Sequence record: NC_028847.1
Length of the DNA stretch: 64,000 nucleotides
Source: Escherichia phage QL01
Direction: 5' to 3' (one strand)
The stretch's first letter is position 1, and each line of letters begins with the position of its first letter. Below the pieces are notes generated by a model that was not told the origin of the DNA, searched no databases, and saw nothing but the letters and a program-made list of their open reading frames with translations. The position numbers and the translations under genes are program-made. This document shows positions 18,913 through 29,640 of the stretch, piece after piece.

Positions 18913-19665
18913 ATGGCTAATATAGTACGTTGTGAAATGCCTGATGGAGTCCACCGATTTAAACCTTTTACAGTAGCTGATTATCGTGATTTTATTTTGA
19001 TTCGAAATGACATGAATAATAAATCGCCTGAAGAGCAAAAACAAATTTTAGATGAGTTACTGGAAGAATACTTCGGTGAATATCCTATGTCATGGCGCCC
19101 ATATATGTTCATTGAACTTTATACGTCATCACTCGGCAAGACCAAAATTCCTATCCGATACACTTGTAGTAAGTGTGAAAAGGATAGACAAGTTTTATTC
19201 AATTTGAAACAGACCAAGTTAGATAATCCCACAATTGAAGTGGCCGGCTTGAAGCTAACATTCAAATTTCCGGAAATAGAATATCAAGACAAATCCGAAT
19301 TGATTCTGAACACCCTCCAAACCGTGGAAGATGAAAACGGGAAATATAATTGGACTGACCTTTCTGAAGAAGACCAATTAGCCGTAATAGATGCTATAGA
19401 CTTATCCACTTTAGAGGATATAGTCAAACAAACTAGCCCTATTAATTTTGAACTAAAATATGGATGCTGTAATCGTAGAACAATTACGTATACCGATATT
19501 TTAGAGGTGTTTAAGCTTATAGTCAACCCGGATGAGATATTTTTATTTTACCAAATAAACCATTTATTGGTAAAGAACAATTATTCATTAGAAAGCATTA
19601 TGCAGATGATTCCAATCGAACGCGGTATTGCTTTGTCTTTGGTTGAAAAGGACCTTAAGAAATGA
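18913..19665 (+). CDS. 51: baseplate hub assembly catalyst gp51
   Basis: Track ORF starts at TTG 18862; first ATG ([16 protein letters not shown]...) gives 250 aa similar to T4 gp51 size. Confidence 0.85.
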   Translation: MANIVRCEMPDGVHRFKPFTVADYRDFILIRNDMNNKSPEEQKQILDELLEEYFGEYPMSWRPYMFIELYTSSLGKTKIPIRYTCSKCEKDRQVLFNLKQTKLDNPTIEVAGLKLTFKFPEIEYQDKSELILNTLQTVEDENGKYNWTDLSEEDQLAVIDAIDLSTLEDIVKQTSPINFELKYGCCNRRTITYTDILEVFKLIVNPDEIFLFYQINHLLVKNNYSLESIMQMIPIERGIALSLVEKDLKK

Positions 19666-20831
19666 GTTCAAAAACTATGCAACGTGAAGGCTTTCCTAAT
19701 ATTAGTATACGCCTTTACGAAGATTATGACGCCTGGTTAGAGCATCGTTTTGTTGAACTAGGCGCGACATTTACTACTCTAACAATGCGAGATGGGCTTT
19801 ACGGTAGTAATGAAGGGTTGCTTCAGTTTTATGATGCAAAGAACCTTCATACTAAAATGGATGGTGAGCAGATTATTCAAATTTCTGTTAAGAATGCTAA
19901 CTCTGAACGTACCCAATCAAGAATTTATGGAAGTAAACACTTTGCTGTAGGAGTGGATTCGAAGGGCGACAATATCATAACAATACAACTCGCCCCAATC
20001 CACTTTTTAGAGAATCTTAAATTTAGTCGTATGTTCTTCCCGAGTGTTCAAGAAACATTAACTGAAATGATTGGTGTTATTTATCAAGACCGTCCGCTTC
20101 TTGCTCCTCCTTTGAACGGGATAAACGTTTACGTTCCTAATGTTCCTTGGTGTGATTCAATGGACCGTTATATGGAATTTGTACGAGAAGTAGGTATGGC
20201 CGTTGAATCTGATAAATTTGTATTTGTCTGGGAAGATATAGATGGTATTTCTATCATGGACTACGAATTTATGGTTAACCAAGAGCCTATTAATTTTGTA
20301 GTGGGTGAACCGCGATTAATAGGTCAATACGTTCAAGATATGGATACACCTATCGCATTTGATTTTGAATGGTTAACTAAAGCCAACCAACATTCCAGAA
20401 AACCATATGAAAACGCTACTGTATACGCCCACTCTTTCTTAGACAAAAACGCCACACGAATTACTTTTGGTGACGGGCAAAACAGTATATTGGTTTCTCG
20501 CTCCGGTGGATATTCTGATTATACCTACCGAAACGGTTTTGAAGAAGCCGATAGATTAGTTACTATGGCCCAATACGATGGATACGCTCATTGTAAGGTA
20601 TATGGTAACTTTGAACTAACTCCAGGCGATAAGATTAATTTCTATGACCCTAAAAACCAATTCCAGTACGATTTTTATGTAGACGAAGTTATTCATGAAG
20701 TGAGTAACAATACATCAATTACAAACCTTTATATGTTTACTAATGGTAAGCCTATTAAGATTGAAGAACCGCCGAAGGTTAAAAATGAACTTAAAACTGA
20801 TACTCCCGATCAAGAAAATAACGCTGGGTGA
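19662..20831 (+). CDS. 27: baseplate hub subunit gp27
   Basis: 389 aa; extensive identity to T4 gp27 ([52 protein letters not shown]). Confidence 0.96.
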   Translation: MSSKTMQREGFPNISIRLYEDYDAWLEHRFVELGATFTTLTMRDGLYGSNEGLLQFYDAKNLHTKMDGEQIIQISVKNANSERTQSRIYGSKHFAVGVDSKGDNIITIQLAPIHFLENLKFSRMFFPSVQETLTEMIGVIYQDRPLLAPPLNGINVYVPNVPWCDSMDRYMEFVREVGMAVESDKFVFVWEDIDGISIMDYEFMVNQEPINFVVGEPRLIGQYVQDMDTPIAFDFEWLTKANQHSRKPYENATVYAHSFLDKNATRITFGDGQNSILVSRSGGYSDYTYRNGFEEADRLVTMAQYDGYAHCKVYGNFELTPGDKINFYDPKNQFQYDFYVDEVIHEVSNNTSITNLYMFTNGKPIKIEEPPKVKNELKTDTPDQENNAG

Positions 20832-21312
20832 CAAAGAGATTTCCATTCCTAAATTGGGTCTTAAACACCAGAAATTGGTTAAAGATGAAAAGGACCCTTA
20901 CAAGGCCCTCTATATGACAATGGAATCTATTTGTAAAGGACTGTCTGCAGCAGAAACAGATTTTGCTGCTTTACACCTTTTAGAATTCAACGGACGATTA
21001 AAAGAAAAAGTAACTAAAGATGGATTCACATATAATTTAAATGACCTTTATATTTGCCAACGACTTGAATTCCAGTTCCAAGGTAAAACGTTTAAATTTA
21101 AATCACATGAACCATTTCAAACATTTGGTCCTGTTGATAGTGTACTACAATCTCTTTATCTTGGTGATGATGTACCAGATTTTCTGGATATGCCTGCCTT
21201 TGTTGCTACATGGGCCGACGATATAACTTCTACTGTAGCTATCCCTGGTCCTAATGGTCCTATCAAAGGATTGCTTAAAATCATGGATATCTTAAATGAA
21301 GAACGAATCTAA
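20785..21312 (+). CDS. 28: baseplate distal hub subunit gp28
   Basis: Internal ATG (MNLKLILP...) with GAAGG SD inside 3' end of gene 27, as T4 gp28 overlaps gp27; 175 aa. Confidence 0.8.
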   Translation: MNLKLILPIKKITLGDKEISIPKLGLKHQKLVKDEKDPYKALYMTMESICKGLSAAETDFAALHLLEFNGRLKEKVTKDGFTYNLNDLYICQRLEFQFQGKTFKFKSHEPFQTFGPVDSVLQSLYLGDDVPDFLDMPAFVATWADDITSTVAIPGPNGPIKGLLKIMDILNEERI

Positions 21313-23032
21313 TCAGAATAGTTTTCGTCGCAATAAACTGATTGAAGAAATGGCTCCTCAGCGTCGTGCTGAGGCGCTAGCCCAAACTCAGAACGACGAA
21401 TTAGGAAATATATCAGATGTTTTATCCGATTCCCAGGCGGCGTCTGAATTGCTCTCTGAAGTTGTTGAGACAAAGTCTAACCAGATTATTAATTCTGTAG
21501 ACCGAGTAGACAAAAGCGTCCAAGATGTTGTCGCTGGAACAGAATTAACGGCCGAAGCCATATCAGAACAAACCCAACAGTCTAAAGCTCTTTCGGATGC
21601 ATTAAACGAAAAGATTAATAAGCTTTCTAATATGTTGGAGGCTAAATTTTCTGGTATTTCTATTCCACCGGAAGGGAGCTCATTAAAGGTTATTGAAGAC
21701 TCTATTCCAGAAGAACCTAAGGCCGAAACTCCTAAAGTTCCTGCTGTTGTTGAAGATATTCTTCCACCTGAAGATAATAAACCTGACGCCGAATTTATGC
21801 CTGAGCCTCCTAAAAATTCAGATGAAGGTAAAGAAGGTGATAAGACTTCTCTTTCCGAGAAAATCGAAGCCCTTACTAAAATAACTGAAAAGGGATTTAA
21901 AGCTTCTATAGGCGTCGCTGATAGAATTTCAGGCATGCTTTTTAAGTATACCATTACCGCTGCCGCTGAAGCTGCTAAACTCGCAGCAGGTTTAGTCCTT
22001 TTAATATTTGGTATAGATGCCATTCGCGTATACTTCCAATATTTCATGGACCAATTTGAGTCAGGGTGGAAAGAATTTAACGATAAGTTTAAAGAGTGGG
22101 GACCATTACTTGAAGGGCTAATGACATGGGCCAAGAATGCTGAAGCCATGTTTAGTGAAGGAAACTGGTTAGGTCTGGCTGAAGCTATTATTCGTGGTAT
22201 GGTTAATCTTACCAAAAATATGGCACAACTTTTAATGCTTGGTATTTCTAAGTTGATTTCTGCTATTTTAAGTAAAATACCTGGTATGGGTGATTTAGCT
22301 GAAAACGTAGAGGCTTCTGCTTTAATGTCATATCAGCAAAATACCGGAGCCACTTTGGACGATGAAGACCAAACTAAAGTGGCCAAGTACCATGATAGAC
22401 GTTCAGCCGAGGCTTTAGAAACAGCCGAGAAAATGAATAAGAAGTATAAGGATAAACCTGAGCTTATAAACCAGGCAGAGAAATACGGTAATCTTACTAA
22501 AGAACAAGCCGACCAATTACGCGCAGGTGGAATTGACACAAGCTTCCGTGACCTCCCTGAAGAAGAACGTTTAGAGTATTTCAAGAAACGTGATAAAGCT
22601 CAGGCTGATATTATTCGTTTGACACAAACCGCTGATAATATAATGAAGCCAGATTCTAAAGATATCGAAAATGCTAAAGCATTTAAAGCTGATATCGAGA
22701 AACAATTGGCAGACCCTATTATGGCTAAAGGTGGGGCACCGAAAGACCTTAATATCCAGCAATTACTCGATAAGATGAATAAATCTTTAGAGAAATTTAA
22801 TGAAGCTGAAAAGCCTAAACCTGCTTCTGTAGCGGAATCTCCTGAAAATACCCAGGTTAAAAAGGTTGATGAGCAAATGAGAGCAAAGGAAAATGCTAAA
22901 TATAGTCAGCAAGCTCCAACTCAAATAAATCAGCAAACGAATATCAAGAAAACGAGTAAGACAAGCTATAATATGCCCCCACAGTCCTCTACTCCGGCCC
23001 CTGGTATGCGTCAAGCTACTAAAGTTAATTAG
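21296..23032 (+). CDS. 29: baseplate hub subunit / tail length determinator gp29
   Basis: 578 aa, size and position match T4 gp29. Confidence 0.85.
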   Translation: MKNESNQNSFRRNKLIEEMAPQRRAEALAQTQNDELGNISDVLSDSQAASELLSEVVETKSNQIINSVDRVDKSVQDVVAGTELTAEAISEQTQQSKALSDALNEKINKLSNMLEAKFSGISIPPEGSSLKVIEDSIPEEPKAETPKVPAVVEDILPPEDNKPDAEFMPEPPKNSDEGKEGDKTSLSEKIEALTKITEKGFKASIGVADRISGMLFKYTITAAAEAAKLAAGLVLLIFGIDAIRVYFQYFMDQFESGWKEFNDKFKEWGPLLEGLMTWAKNAEAMFSEGNWLGLAEAIIRGMVNLTKNMAQLLMLGISKLISAILSKIPGMGDLAENVEASALMSYQQNTGATLDDEDQTKVAKYHDRRSAEALETAEKMNKKYKDKPELINQAEKYGNLTKEQADQLRAGGIDTSFRDLPEEERLEYFKKRDKAQADIIRLTQTADNIMKPDSKDIENAKAFKADIEKQLADPIMAKGGAPKDLNIQQLLDKMNKSLEKFNEAEKPKPASVAESPENTQVKKVDEQMRAKENAKYSQQAPTQINQQTNIKKTSKTSYNMPPQSSTPAPGMRQATKVN

Positions 23033-23040
23033 GATTAATA

Positions 23041-24129
23041 ATGAAAGTAAAAGAACTTGACTTTGATGTAGCCTCCTTGTTTAAAGGAGGTTCAAAGACC
23101 TCCGCAGGTCAATCTAAAACACCAGCAATAAAAACCACGGTAACCGCTCAGTATCCAGCTGAGCGTGCTTCAGGTAATGATACCTCAACCGATATGGTAT
23201 TAAACGACCTCTATAAAAACGGATTGCTTTTTACTGCATATAATTTTAGTTCTCGTGTATCTCCGGATTTGCGTAACGACCGTTCGAGTCAAATGACTAA
23301 AAAGTTCTCAAGTGCAGCCAACAAATTAACAGGCAATAGTGGAACATATAGTGCTGTTAAAAACTTATTTGGTGGAAATACTAAGGGCGTTAAATTTGAT
23401 ACCCAAGCCTTAGCTAATATCCTTTTACCTCGTTCTAAATCTGATGTGGATTCCGTATCACACAAATTTAATGATGTTGGTGAGTCCTTAATTACTAAAG
23501 GCGGTGGTACTGCTACAGGTATTTTAAGTAACGTTGCTAGTACCGCGGTATTTGGTGCATTAGAATCTGTGACTAACGGCGTAATGGCTGATTCAGGCGA
23601 ACAGATATACACTACAGCTCGTAGTATGTACGCCGGTCCGGATAACCGTACTAAGGTATTCACTTGGGAAATGACTCCACGAAATGCCCAAGACCTTATC
23701 CAGATTATTAAAATATACGAAATCTTCAACTATTATTCTTACGGCGAAACGGGTAATTCGGCTTTCGCAGGTGAATTAAAAGAGAAGATTGATACTTGGT
23801 ATCGTTCTACATTTAAAAAAGAAGCTATTGACAAGTTTGATGGTAAGCTATTAGGGGAAAGTATTACAAGCTTCCTTTCTAATGTTATTGTGGTAAGTAA
23901 CCCAACCATTTGGTATATCCGAAACTTTGGTGATAGCAGTTCATATGATGGTCGTGAAGATATTTTTGGCCCATGCCAAATCCAGAGTATCCGTTTTGAT
24001 AAAACTCCGGACGGCCATTTTAACGGATTGGCTATTGCTCCTAACTTACCATCTACGTTTAGTTTAGAAGTTACTTTCCGTGAAATTATTACTCTGAACC
24101 GTGGCTCACTTTATACGGAAGGATTCTAA
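23041..24129 (+). CDS. 48: baseplate tail tube cap gp48
   Basis: 362 aa, position and size match T4 gp48. Confidence 0.85.
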   Translation: MKVKELDFDVASLFKGGSKTSAGQSKTPAIKTTVTAQYPAERASGNDTSTDMVLNDLYKNGLLFTAYNFSSRVSPDLRNDRSSQMTKKFSSAANKLTGNSGTYSAVKNLFGGNTKGVKFDTQALANILLPRSKSDVDSVSHKFNDVGESLITKGGGTATGILSNVASTAVFGALESVTNGVMADSGEQIYTTARSMYAGPDNRTKVFTWEMTPRNAQDLIQIIKIYEIFNYYSYGETGNSAFAGELKEKIDTWYRSTFKKEAIDKFDGKLLGESITSFLSNVIVVSNPTIWYIRNFGDSSSYDGREDIFGPCQIQSIRFDKTPDGHFNGLAIAPNLPSTFSLEVTFREIITLNRGSLYTEGF

Positions 24130-25082
24130 TGTATACTTTACAAGAATTTCAGAATCAGGCAATTAATATTGACCTACAAAGGAATAACCTGTTTAGTGTG
24201 GTATTTGCCACAGTTCCTTCTTCTAAATCTCAGACGCTCCTCGACCAGTTCGGTGGAGCTTTATTTAACAATATCCCATTGAATAGCGATTTGTTTGGTA
24301 TTACACAAGGAGAGTTGACCCAAGGTGTTACGACATTAGTGACAGCGGGCACTCAGAAGTTGATTCGTAAGTCAGGCATAAGTAAATATTTGATTGGAGC
24401 TATGTCATCCAGGGTTGTGCAGAGCTTACTAGGAGAGTTTGAAGTAGGTACATATCTGATGGATTTTTTCAATATGGCCTATCCTACGGCAGGTCTTTTA
24501 GTCCACGCCGTTAAAATCCCGGATAATACTTTGAACTATGAAATGGATTTGAACCACAACTCACCTAACATCAAAATTACCGGAAGAGAATATTCTCCAT
24601 TAGTATTAAGCTTCCGTATGGATTCTGAAGCTGCTAACTACCGTGCTTTTAATGATTGGGTTAATAGTGTTCAAGACCCTATTACACAATTAAGAGCATT
24701 ACCCGAGGATGTTGAAGCCGACATTCAAGTCAACCTTCATTCTCGTAATGGATTACCCCATACAGTAGTAATGCTTAATGGTTGTGTTCCTGTTGGTGTT
24801 TCGTCACCGGAATTATCCTACGACGGTGATAACCAAATTGCTTCATTTGATGTTACATTTGCTTATAGAAGTGTACAGACGGGTGCAGTTGGTAAACAAG
24901 CTGCTTATGAGTGGTTGGAAGATAAGATTATTAAAGGCGTCGCTGGGCTAAGTGAGAGCAATTCGCTGAGTTCTTCAGTGGCCAAATTAAGTAGACTTTC
25001 AGGAGCTTCTAGTGGATTAACAGGATTGGTTAATACATTTGGTGGGCGTGCTATTAATAATGGAATATCGAGGCTGTTATAA
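24129..25082 (+). CDS. 54: baseplate tail tube initiator gp54
   Basis: 317 aa, position and size match T4 gp54. Confidence 0.85.
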   Translation: MYTLQEFQNQAINIDLQRNNLFSVVFATVPSSKSQTLLDQFGGALFNNIPLNSDLFGITQGELTQGVTTLVTAGTQKLIRKSGISKYLIGAMSSRVVQSLLGEFEVGTYLMDFFNMAYPTAGLLVHAVKIPDNTLNYEMDLNHNSPNIKITGREYSPLVLSFRMDSEAANYRAFNDWVNSVQDPITQLRALPEDVEADIQVNLHSRNGLPHTVVMLNGCVPVGVSSPELSYDGDNQIASFDVTFAYRSVQTGAVGKQAAYEWLEDKIIKGVAGLSESNSLSSSVAKLSRLSGASSGLTGLVNTFGGRAINNGISRLL

Positions 25083-25086
25083 CAAA

Positions 25087-25110
25087 AAAGGAGAGCATAT
25101 GCTCTCCTTT
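25087..25110. terminator. bidirectional hairpin terminator (AAAGGAGAGC-AUAU-GCUCUCCUUU) between gene 54 and minus-strand small gene
   Basis: Perfect 10-bp stem flanked by A-run and T-run. Confidence 0.7.
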
Positions 25111-25116
25111 AGGGGT

Positions 25117-25407
25117 TTATTTACGGAACGAAATGAAACCTGCTGCAGTCATTAATGGCTGCTTTTTAACAAAGACCGTGATAGAAATAGGAGCTTCAGA
25201 TTCGAGTTGTCCTGTCACTACACCGTTAAAAATGTTTTCGGTTTGTTCTGGATAAGAAAAATTCTCAACAGGTCGGATATCAAACTGTTTGTCTTCACCG
25301 AAAACTCGACGTAATTCATTACCTACGGCACTGTCAAACTCTTCGGAAGCAGGGATAACGTTTTCAACTACCAGTTCTTGACCATTAAAACGGAATGCAG
25401 ATTTCAT
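25117..25407 (-). CDS. hypothetical protein (alt.-x position, early promoter)
   Basis: 96 aa ORF with GAGGAG SD; GTTTAC-N18-TACTAT promoter immediately upstream overlapping alt stop. Confidence 0.6.
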   Translation of the reverse strand: MKSAFRFNGQELVVENVIPASEEFDSAVGNELRRVFGEDKQFDIRPVENFSYPEQTENIFNGVVTGQLESEAPISITVFVKKQPLMTAAGFISFRK

Positions 25408-25435
25408 AATGTTCTCCTCATGTTTGTGTAAGGTA

Positions 25436-25465
25436 ATAGTACCACATCCTTGTGGTGTTGTAAAC
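25436..25465 (-). promoter_or_regulatory. early promoter GTTTAC-N18-TACTAT overlapping alt paralog 1 stop
   Basis: Motif on minus strand upstream of 25117..25407 ORF. Confidence 0.5.
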
Positions 25466-27588
25466 TACATTTTGAATTTATTTGATAAAGAAGAGATATC
25501 CAAAGACGCGGCAAGGATTTCCATAGCTTCGTTGCTTTCAGAAACGGATTCATTAACCAAGAATTGACTAAATCCATCCATCAGGCGAACTTCACCAGTT
25601 TCCATCAAATGGTCACCATCGTAAACAGATTCGCTGAGCTCTGAAGGAGGCGTTACGGTAGCTTCCATAAGGTATTTGTGAGATACTCTATCATTCATGG
25701 CAAAAGCCGCTACTTTATCAACCTTCAACAATAATCCACGCGGAAGGATAATTTCTGCTTCTTCGGCATATTCTGTAAGGTCACCAGGAGCGATAACTTT
25801 AACTGCTTCAGCACCTCGAATAACCATACCAATTTCAGCAATTCTATCTGCAGGACCTTCAGGTGCAATTGGATTACCAAACTCGTCTTCTTCCCATTCT
25901 ACCTCTTCGTCATCGACTTCACCCACATCAGATGAACTACCACTAGCCAATTTAAACAACTCATCAGCGGAGGACAAAGAACCTTCACCACCAACAAAAA
26001 CGGCTTGGTTGTCGAGGGCCATATAATTTTTACCGAATTCACCAAAGATGTTAGGCTTTAATGAGGCTGACACAAAGTTCTTAAAGTAAAATGTTTTGTT
26101 ATCGATATTATGGCGCAGAATTTTGTATGGCAAATCCTGACCACGATACAAAATAGTACCCTTAGGAAGTTTAATACCCTTAGTAAATGCTGAGTCTAAA
26201 TCCTTAATCAATTTAATAGCCGTTGTATTGTTTTCGGATTCAGGTTTACCTAAAAGGAATAAGTTCATAGGAGCATATTCAGCCGCGCAATATTCAATAA
26301 TAGCATTGCTTTCGTCTTTGGTTAGGTCCTTAGGTTTAATGAGCTCGCCTGAATAAGCATATGCATCACTAATAGAATCGTTAACCAGTTTATAAACGGC
26401 TTCCATAGCGAAAGCAATTCTAGATGCTTTCTCTGAAGGGGAACCCTTAAAACGGGTACTCAGGTTATTAACAATTTTCTTAATAATATCCAGACTATTG
26501 GTTGTATTGATTTGCGAAAGGCCACTTAAAAGTCTATCGACTTCTGTATTAAAAAATGCCATATTATTAGAGTAAATTTCAAACCCTTGTTTATCTCTAT
26601 TAGCATAATTTAGTTTAAATTTACTATCAGTCATTAAAGCGTGTGTGAGAGCAATAGTGTATCTAAAGTTGGCAAGGTCCTCGCTCTTAGATTTAAACTG
26701 AGAAGCCTGACGCATTTTAGTAATGGCACCTTTTTTAAAGTTCTGACTAATCTGTTCAATACCTTCGTTCTCAGGGCCTTCAGCCGTGTGAACCGGTACA
26801 GAAGCTTCAAACTCGTTATAAACCTGCAATTCTTTAGGGGACAAAGTTTCAGGCTCAGCAGTAGAATACTGCGCGGCCGCAGCCATACGACGCGAAATCT
26901 TAGTACGAGAGATAACGGCCTTATCAGTACGTTTCTCTTCAACTTGTGCAATAGATGCCGCTACGGCTTCTACTTTACTTACGGCCTGGCCTGTTTTCTT
27001 AGAAACATACACTTCGCCAACTTTAGACTCAACTTTAGTATAAAGATCGGCATTAATTTCAGGCATACCCTTGATATCTTCAATATTAGCACCGCGACGT
27101 ACTAAAAGAACGTAGGTATGTTTTCCGCTGAATTGGAACATGTCGTCAACAACTTTAAACTTACCACCGGTACGAGCCATAGCCAAACGAGCTAATACGC
27201 GCTGAACGGTAGGACCTTTACCTTTCATTTTCTTAGTAGGGAAACGGAATAAAACCGCGTCCATTTTAAGTTTGATTATTTGTTCATATATGGTATCGAA
27301 AATGGTGTTCAGTGTACCGAGTGGATCGGTACCCAAACCACCCTTGAGTTCTGCCGGAGCGCCTTTAGCAGATAAACTCATTAAGATAACATGGACGTAC
27401 TTATCGCCATTTTTAACCATCTTAATAGCGTCGCCTTCGGACGCATAAGATACCATACGTGCTACTAAATTGTCATTACCAGGAGCATGTACCGCAAAAA
27501 TCTGCGGTACGCCTGAGCCAGGTTTAAGATTTGTTACCGGATAGTTTTTAGCGGAATCGCTATCAAAAACTTCGTTTAAATTTTCCAT
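25465..27588 (-). CDS. Alt-like ADP-ribosyltransferase paralog 1 (most divergent copy)
   Basis: 707 aa; first ~200 aa nearly identical to paralog 2 and collinear with T4 Alt; C-terminal ART region with YRGQ, FVSASL (variant of STS) and EAEIILPRG; acidic insertion. Confidence 0.85.
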   Translation of the reverse strand: MENLNEVFDSDSAKNYPVTNLKPGSGVPQIFAVHAPGNDNLVARMVSYASEGDAIKMVKNGDKYVHVILMSLSAKGAPAELKGGLGTDPLGTLNTIFDTIYEQIIKLKMDAVLFRFPTKKMKGKGPTVQRVLARLAMARTGGKFKVVDDMFQFSGKHTYVLLVRRGANIEDIKGMPEINADLYTKVESKVGEVYVSKKTGQAVSKVEAVAASIAQVEEKRTDKAVISRTKISRRMAAAAQYSTAEPETLSPKELQVYNEFEASVPVHTAEGPENEGIEQISQNFKKGAITKMRQASQFKSKSEDLANFRYTIALTHALMTDSKFKLNYANRDKQGFEIYSNNMAFFNTEVDRLLSGLSQINTTNSLDIIKKIVNNLSTRFKGSPSEKASRIAFAMEAVYKLVNDSISDAYAYSGELIKPKDLTKDESNAIIEYCAAEYAPMNLFLLGKPESENNTTAIKLIKDLDSAFTKGIKLPKGTILYRGQDLPYKILRHNIDNKTFYFKNFVSASLKPNIFGEFGKNYMALDNQAVFVGGEGSLSSADELFKLASGSSSDVGEVDDEEVEWEEDEFGNPIAPEGPADRIAEIGMVIRGAEAVKVIAPGDLTEYAEEAEIILPRGLLLKVDKVAAFAMNDRVSHKYLMEATVTPPSELSESVYDGDHLMETGEVRLMDGFSQFLVNESVSESNEAMEILAASLDISSLSNKFKM

Positions 27589-27591
27589 TAT

Positions 27592-29637
27592 TTACCCTTG
27601 GATGAATTTTTCTGGCGTTTCGTCAAAATTAATACATGAAGCTAAAATAGGCATTATATCCACCTTGGTCGATTTGACGAATGAATCAAAAGACACAGGG
27701 TTGTCGGTCTCTGTTTCTACGCCTTGGTAAACAACCAATTCGCCGGTTTCCATCAATGCATCACCATCATAGATAACCGCATTTTCTGCTAGTTGGTCTG
27801 TGGTCTGGATATCAGCTTCCAATAATTTGGTGTTGTAGTTTCCTTTATATGAGGCATCTGTAATTTTAGTAATCTTAACAGTAGTTCCACGTGGAAGAAT
27901 AACCTCTTGTTCTGTTGGAGAACCTGACAATTTACCTGGCACAATTACGTTAATAGAGTCTGCACCGGAAATTTTCCAACCGATGTTCATCATTGTATTT
28001 TCGGAACTCGTCAGCATACTTGGAAGAACAATTTCATTATCGCCTTGGAAAGATGTCCCAGCGCGATAGTCCTGATGAACTGCGGCCATTGCGACGTTTG
28101 ATACCCAGCCGCCAAAGATAATCGGCTTAAGGGACGTTGATACATAGTTCCTGAAATAAAACAATTTTGAGTGTTTGATTTTATCAAAAGTGTTAACATT
28201 TAAATATTGACCACGCCAAAGTGTAATATCAGGTGGCAATTTATGGCCAATTTCAAATGCTGCATCCATATCATTAATTACTTCAATTACACGATAACTA
28301 TCAATAAATTCTGCATCCTCTTCATAATAATTACCCAACAAATAATTATTAACATCGGTATAATATTGGCCACAATAAGAAGAAATAGCCTCACGCTGCT
28401 CATACTCAAATCGATTATCGCTATAACTGGCTGTAAAATGCATAACACTTTCTGACGCTTCATTAGCAAAGTCGGTAACAGCAGCACTTATACGTTGAGC
28501 ATACTCTTGTTCCCAAAGCTCTGCTGCATATTCTGCCGCATCCATATTAGGAGGAGCCTCATTCATTTTTCTTTCAATAAATGCAGCTTTGCGAAGGTTA
28601 AGAACCTCTGCACATGATTCGGCAAAAATCTGCATCTGCTTCATACTGCCGACAGGAGCACGTTTAAGTTCACGATGCATACGGTTAAAAATTGGGTCAG
28701 AGTCTTCGACTCGAATTTCTTCTTTCCAAACACCGTTTGCTCGCATAGCCATATCTGCCGCGCGCATACGCTCCATAGTATTCGTTTCAGAAGGTTGAAT
28801 AAAAATTTCTAGTTCTTCATAATCATCGATAAGTTCCGCTGTTGCTGGGGCACTAAATTTTGATGCCTCTGCATCAATCTCATTCCAACCTTCCGGAACT
28901 TCATCTCGAGGAGAATACTGGGCTGCGGCTACAGCACGCCTAGAAATCTTAGTAGTAGTAATAACGGCCTTATCCGTACGTTTTTCTTCGACTGCCGCTA
29001 TACTAGCAGATAGTGCTTCTATTTTGGTTACCGATTGGCCTGTTTTCTTGGATACATAAACCTCACCAACTTTAGACTCAACCTTAGTGTAAAGGTCTGC
29101 ATCAATTTCAGGCATACCTTTTATGTCCTCAATATTAGCTTGTTTACGGACCAGTAAAACGTATGTATGTTTGCCTGTAAATTGATACATATCATCGACA
29201 ACTTTAAACTTGCCGCCAGTACGAGCCATCGCCAAACGTGCCAATACACGTTGAACAGTAGGACCCTTACCTTTCATTTTCTTGGTAGGGAACCGGAAAA
29301 GAACTGCATCCATTTTAAGTTTGTTTACTTGTTCGTATACAGTATCAAAAATGGTATTCAGCGTACCAAGTGGGTCAGAACCTAACCCACCTTTCAACTC
29401 GGCTGGGCTACCCTTAGCAGACAAACTCATCAAAATAACATGAACATATTTGTCGCCCGGCTTAACCATTTTAATAGCGTCTCCTTGAGACGCATAAGAT
29501 ACCATACGAGCAACCAGATTATCATTACCTGGTGCTTGGATAGAGAAAATCTGTGGAATACCGGAACCCGGTTTAAGATTTGTTACTGGATAGTTTTTAG
29601 CGGAATCACTATCAAAAACCTCATTTAAATTTTCCAT
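27592..29637 (-). CDS. Alt-like ADP-ribosyltransferase paralog 2
   Basis: 681 aa; conserved N-terminal region, WRGQ, YVSTSL, EQEVILPRG motifs, C-terminus ...PEKFIQG as in T4 Alt. Confidence 0.88.
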   Translation of the reverse strand: MENLNEVFDSDSAKNYPVTNLKPGSGIPQIFSIQAPGNDNLVARMVSYASQGDAIKMVKPGDKYVHVILMSLSAKGSPAELKGGLGSDPLGTLNTIFDTVYEQVNKLKMDAVLFRFPTKKMKGKGPTVQRVLARLAMARTGGKFKVVDDMYQFTGKHTYVLLVRKQANIEDIKGMPEIDADLYTKVESKVGEVYVSKKTGQSVTKIEALSASIAAVEEKRTDKAVITTTKISRRAVAAAQYSPRDEVPEGWNEIDAEASKFSAPATAELIDDYEELEIFIQPSETNTMERMRAADMAMRANGVWKEEIRVEDSDPIFNRMHRELKRAPVGSMKQMQIFAESCAEVLNLRKAAFIERKMNEAPPNMDAAEYAAELWEQEYAQRISAAVTDFANEASESVMHFTASYSDNRFEYEQREAISSYCGQYYTDVNNYLLGNYYEEDAEFIDSYRVIEVINDMDAAFEIGHKLPPDITLWRGQYLNVNTFDKIKHSKLFYFRNYVSTSLKPIIFGGWVSNVAMAAVHQDYRAGTSFQGDNEIVLPSMLTSSENTMMNIGWKISGADSINVIVPGKLSGSPTEQEVILPRGTTVKITKITDASYKGNYNTKLLEADIQTTDQLAENAVIYDGDALMETGELVVYQGVETETDNPVSFDSFVKSTKVDIMPILASCINFDETPEKFIQG

Positions 29638-29640
29638 TAT

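Noticed and set aside
21388-22215. 275-aa minus-strand ORF antisense to gene 29
   Set aside because: Embedded in gp29; Ser/Leu-rich low-complexity translation typical of antisense frames.
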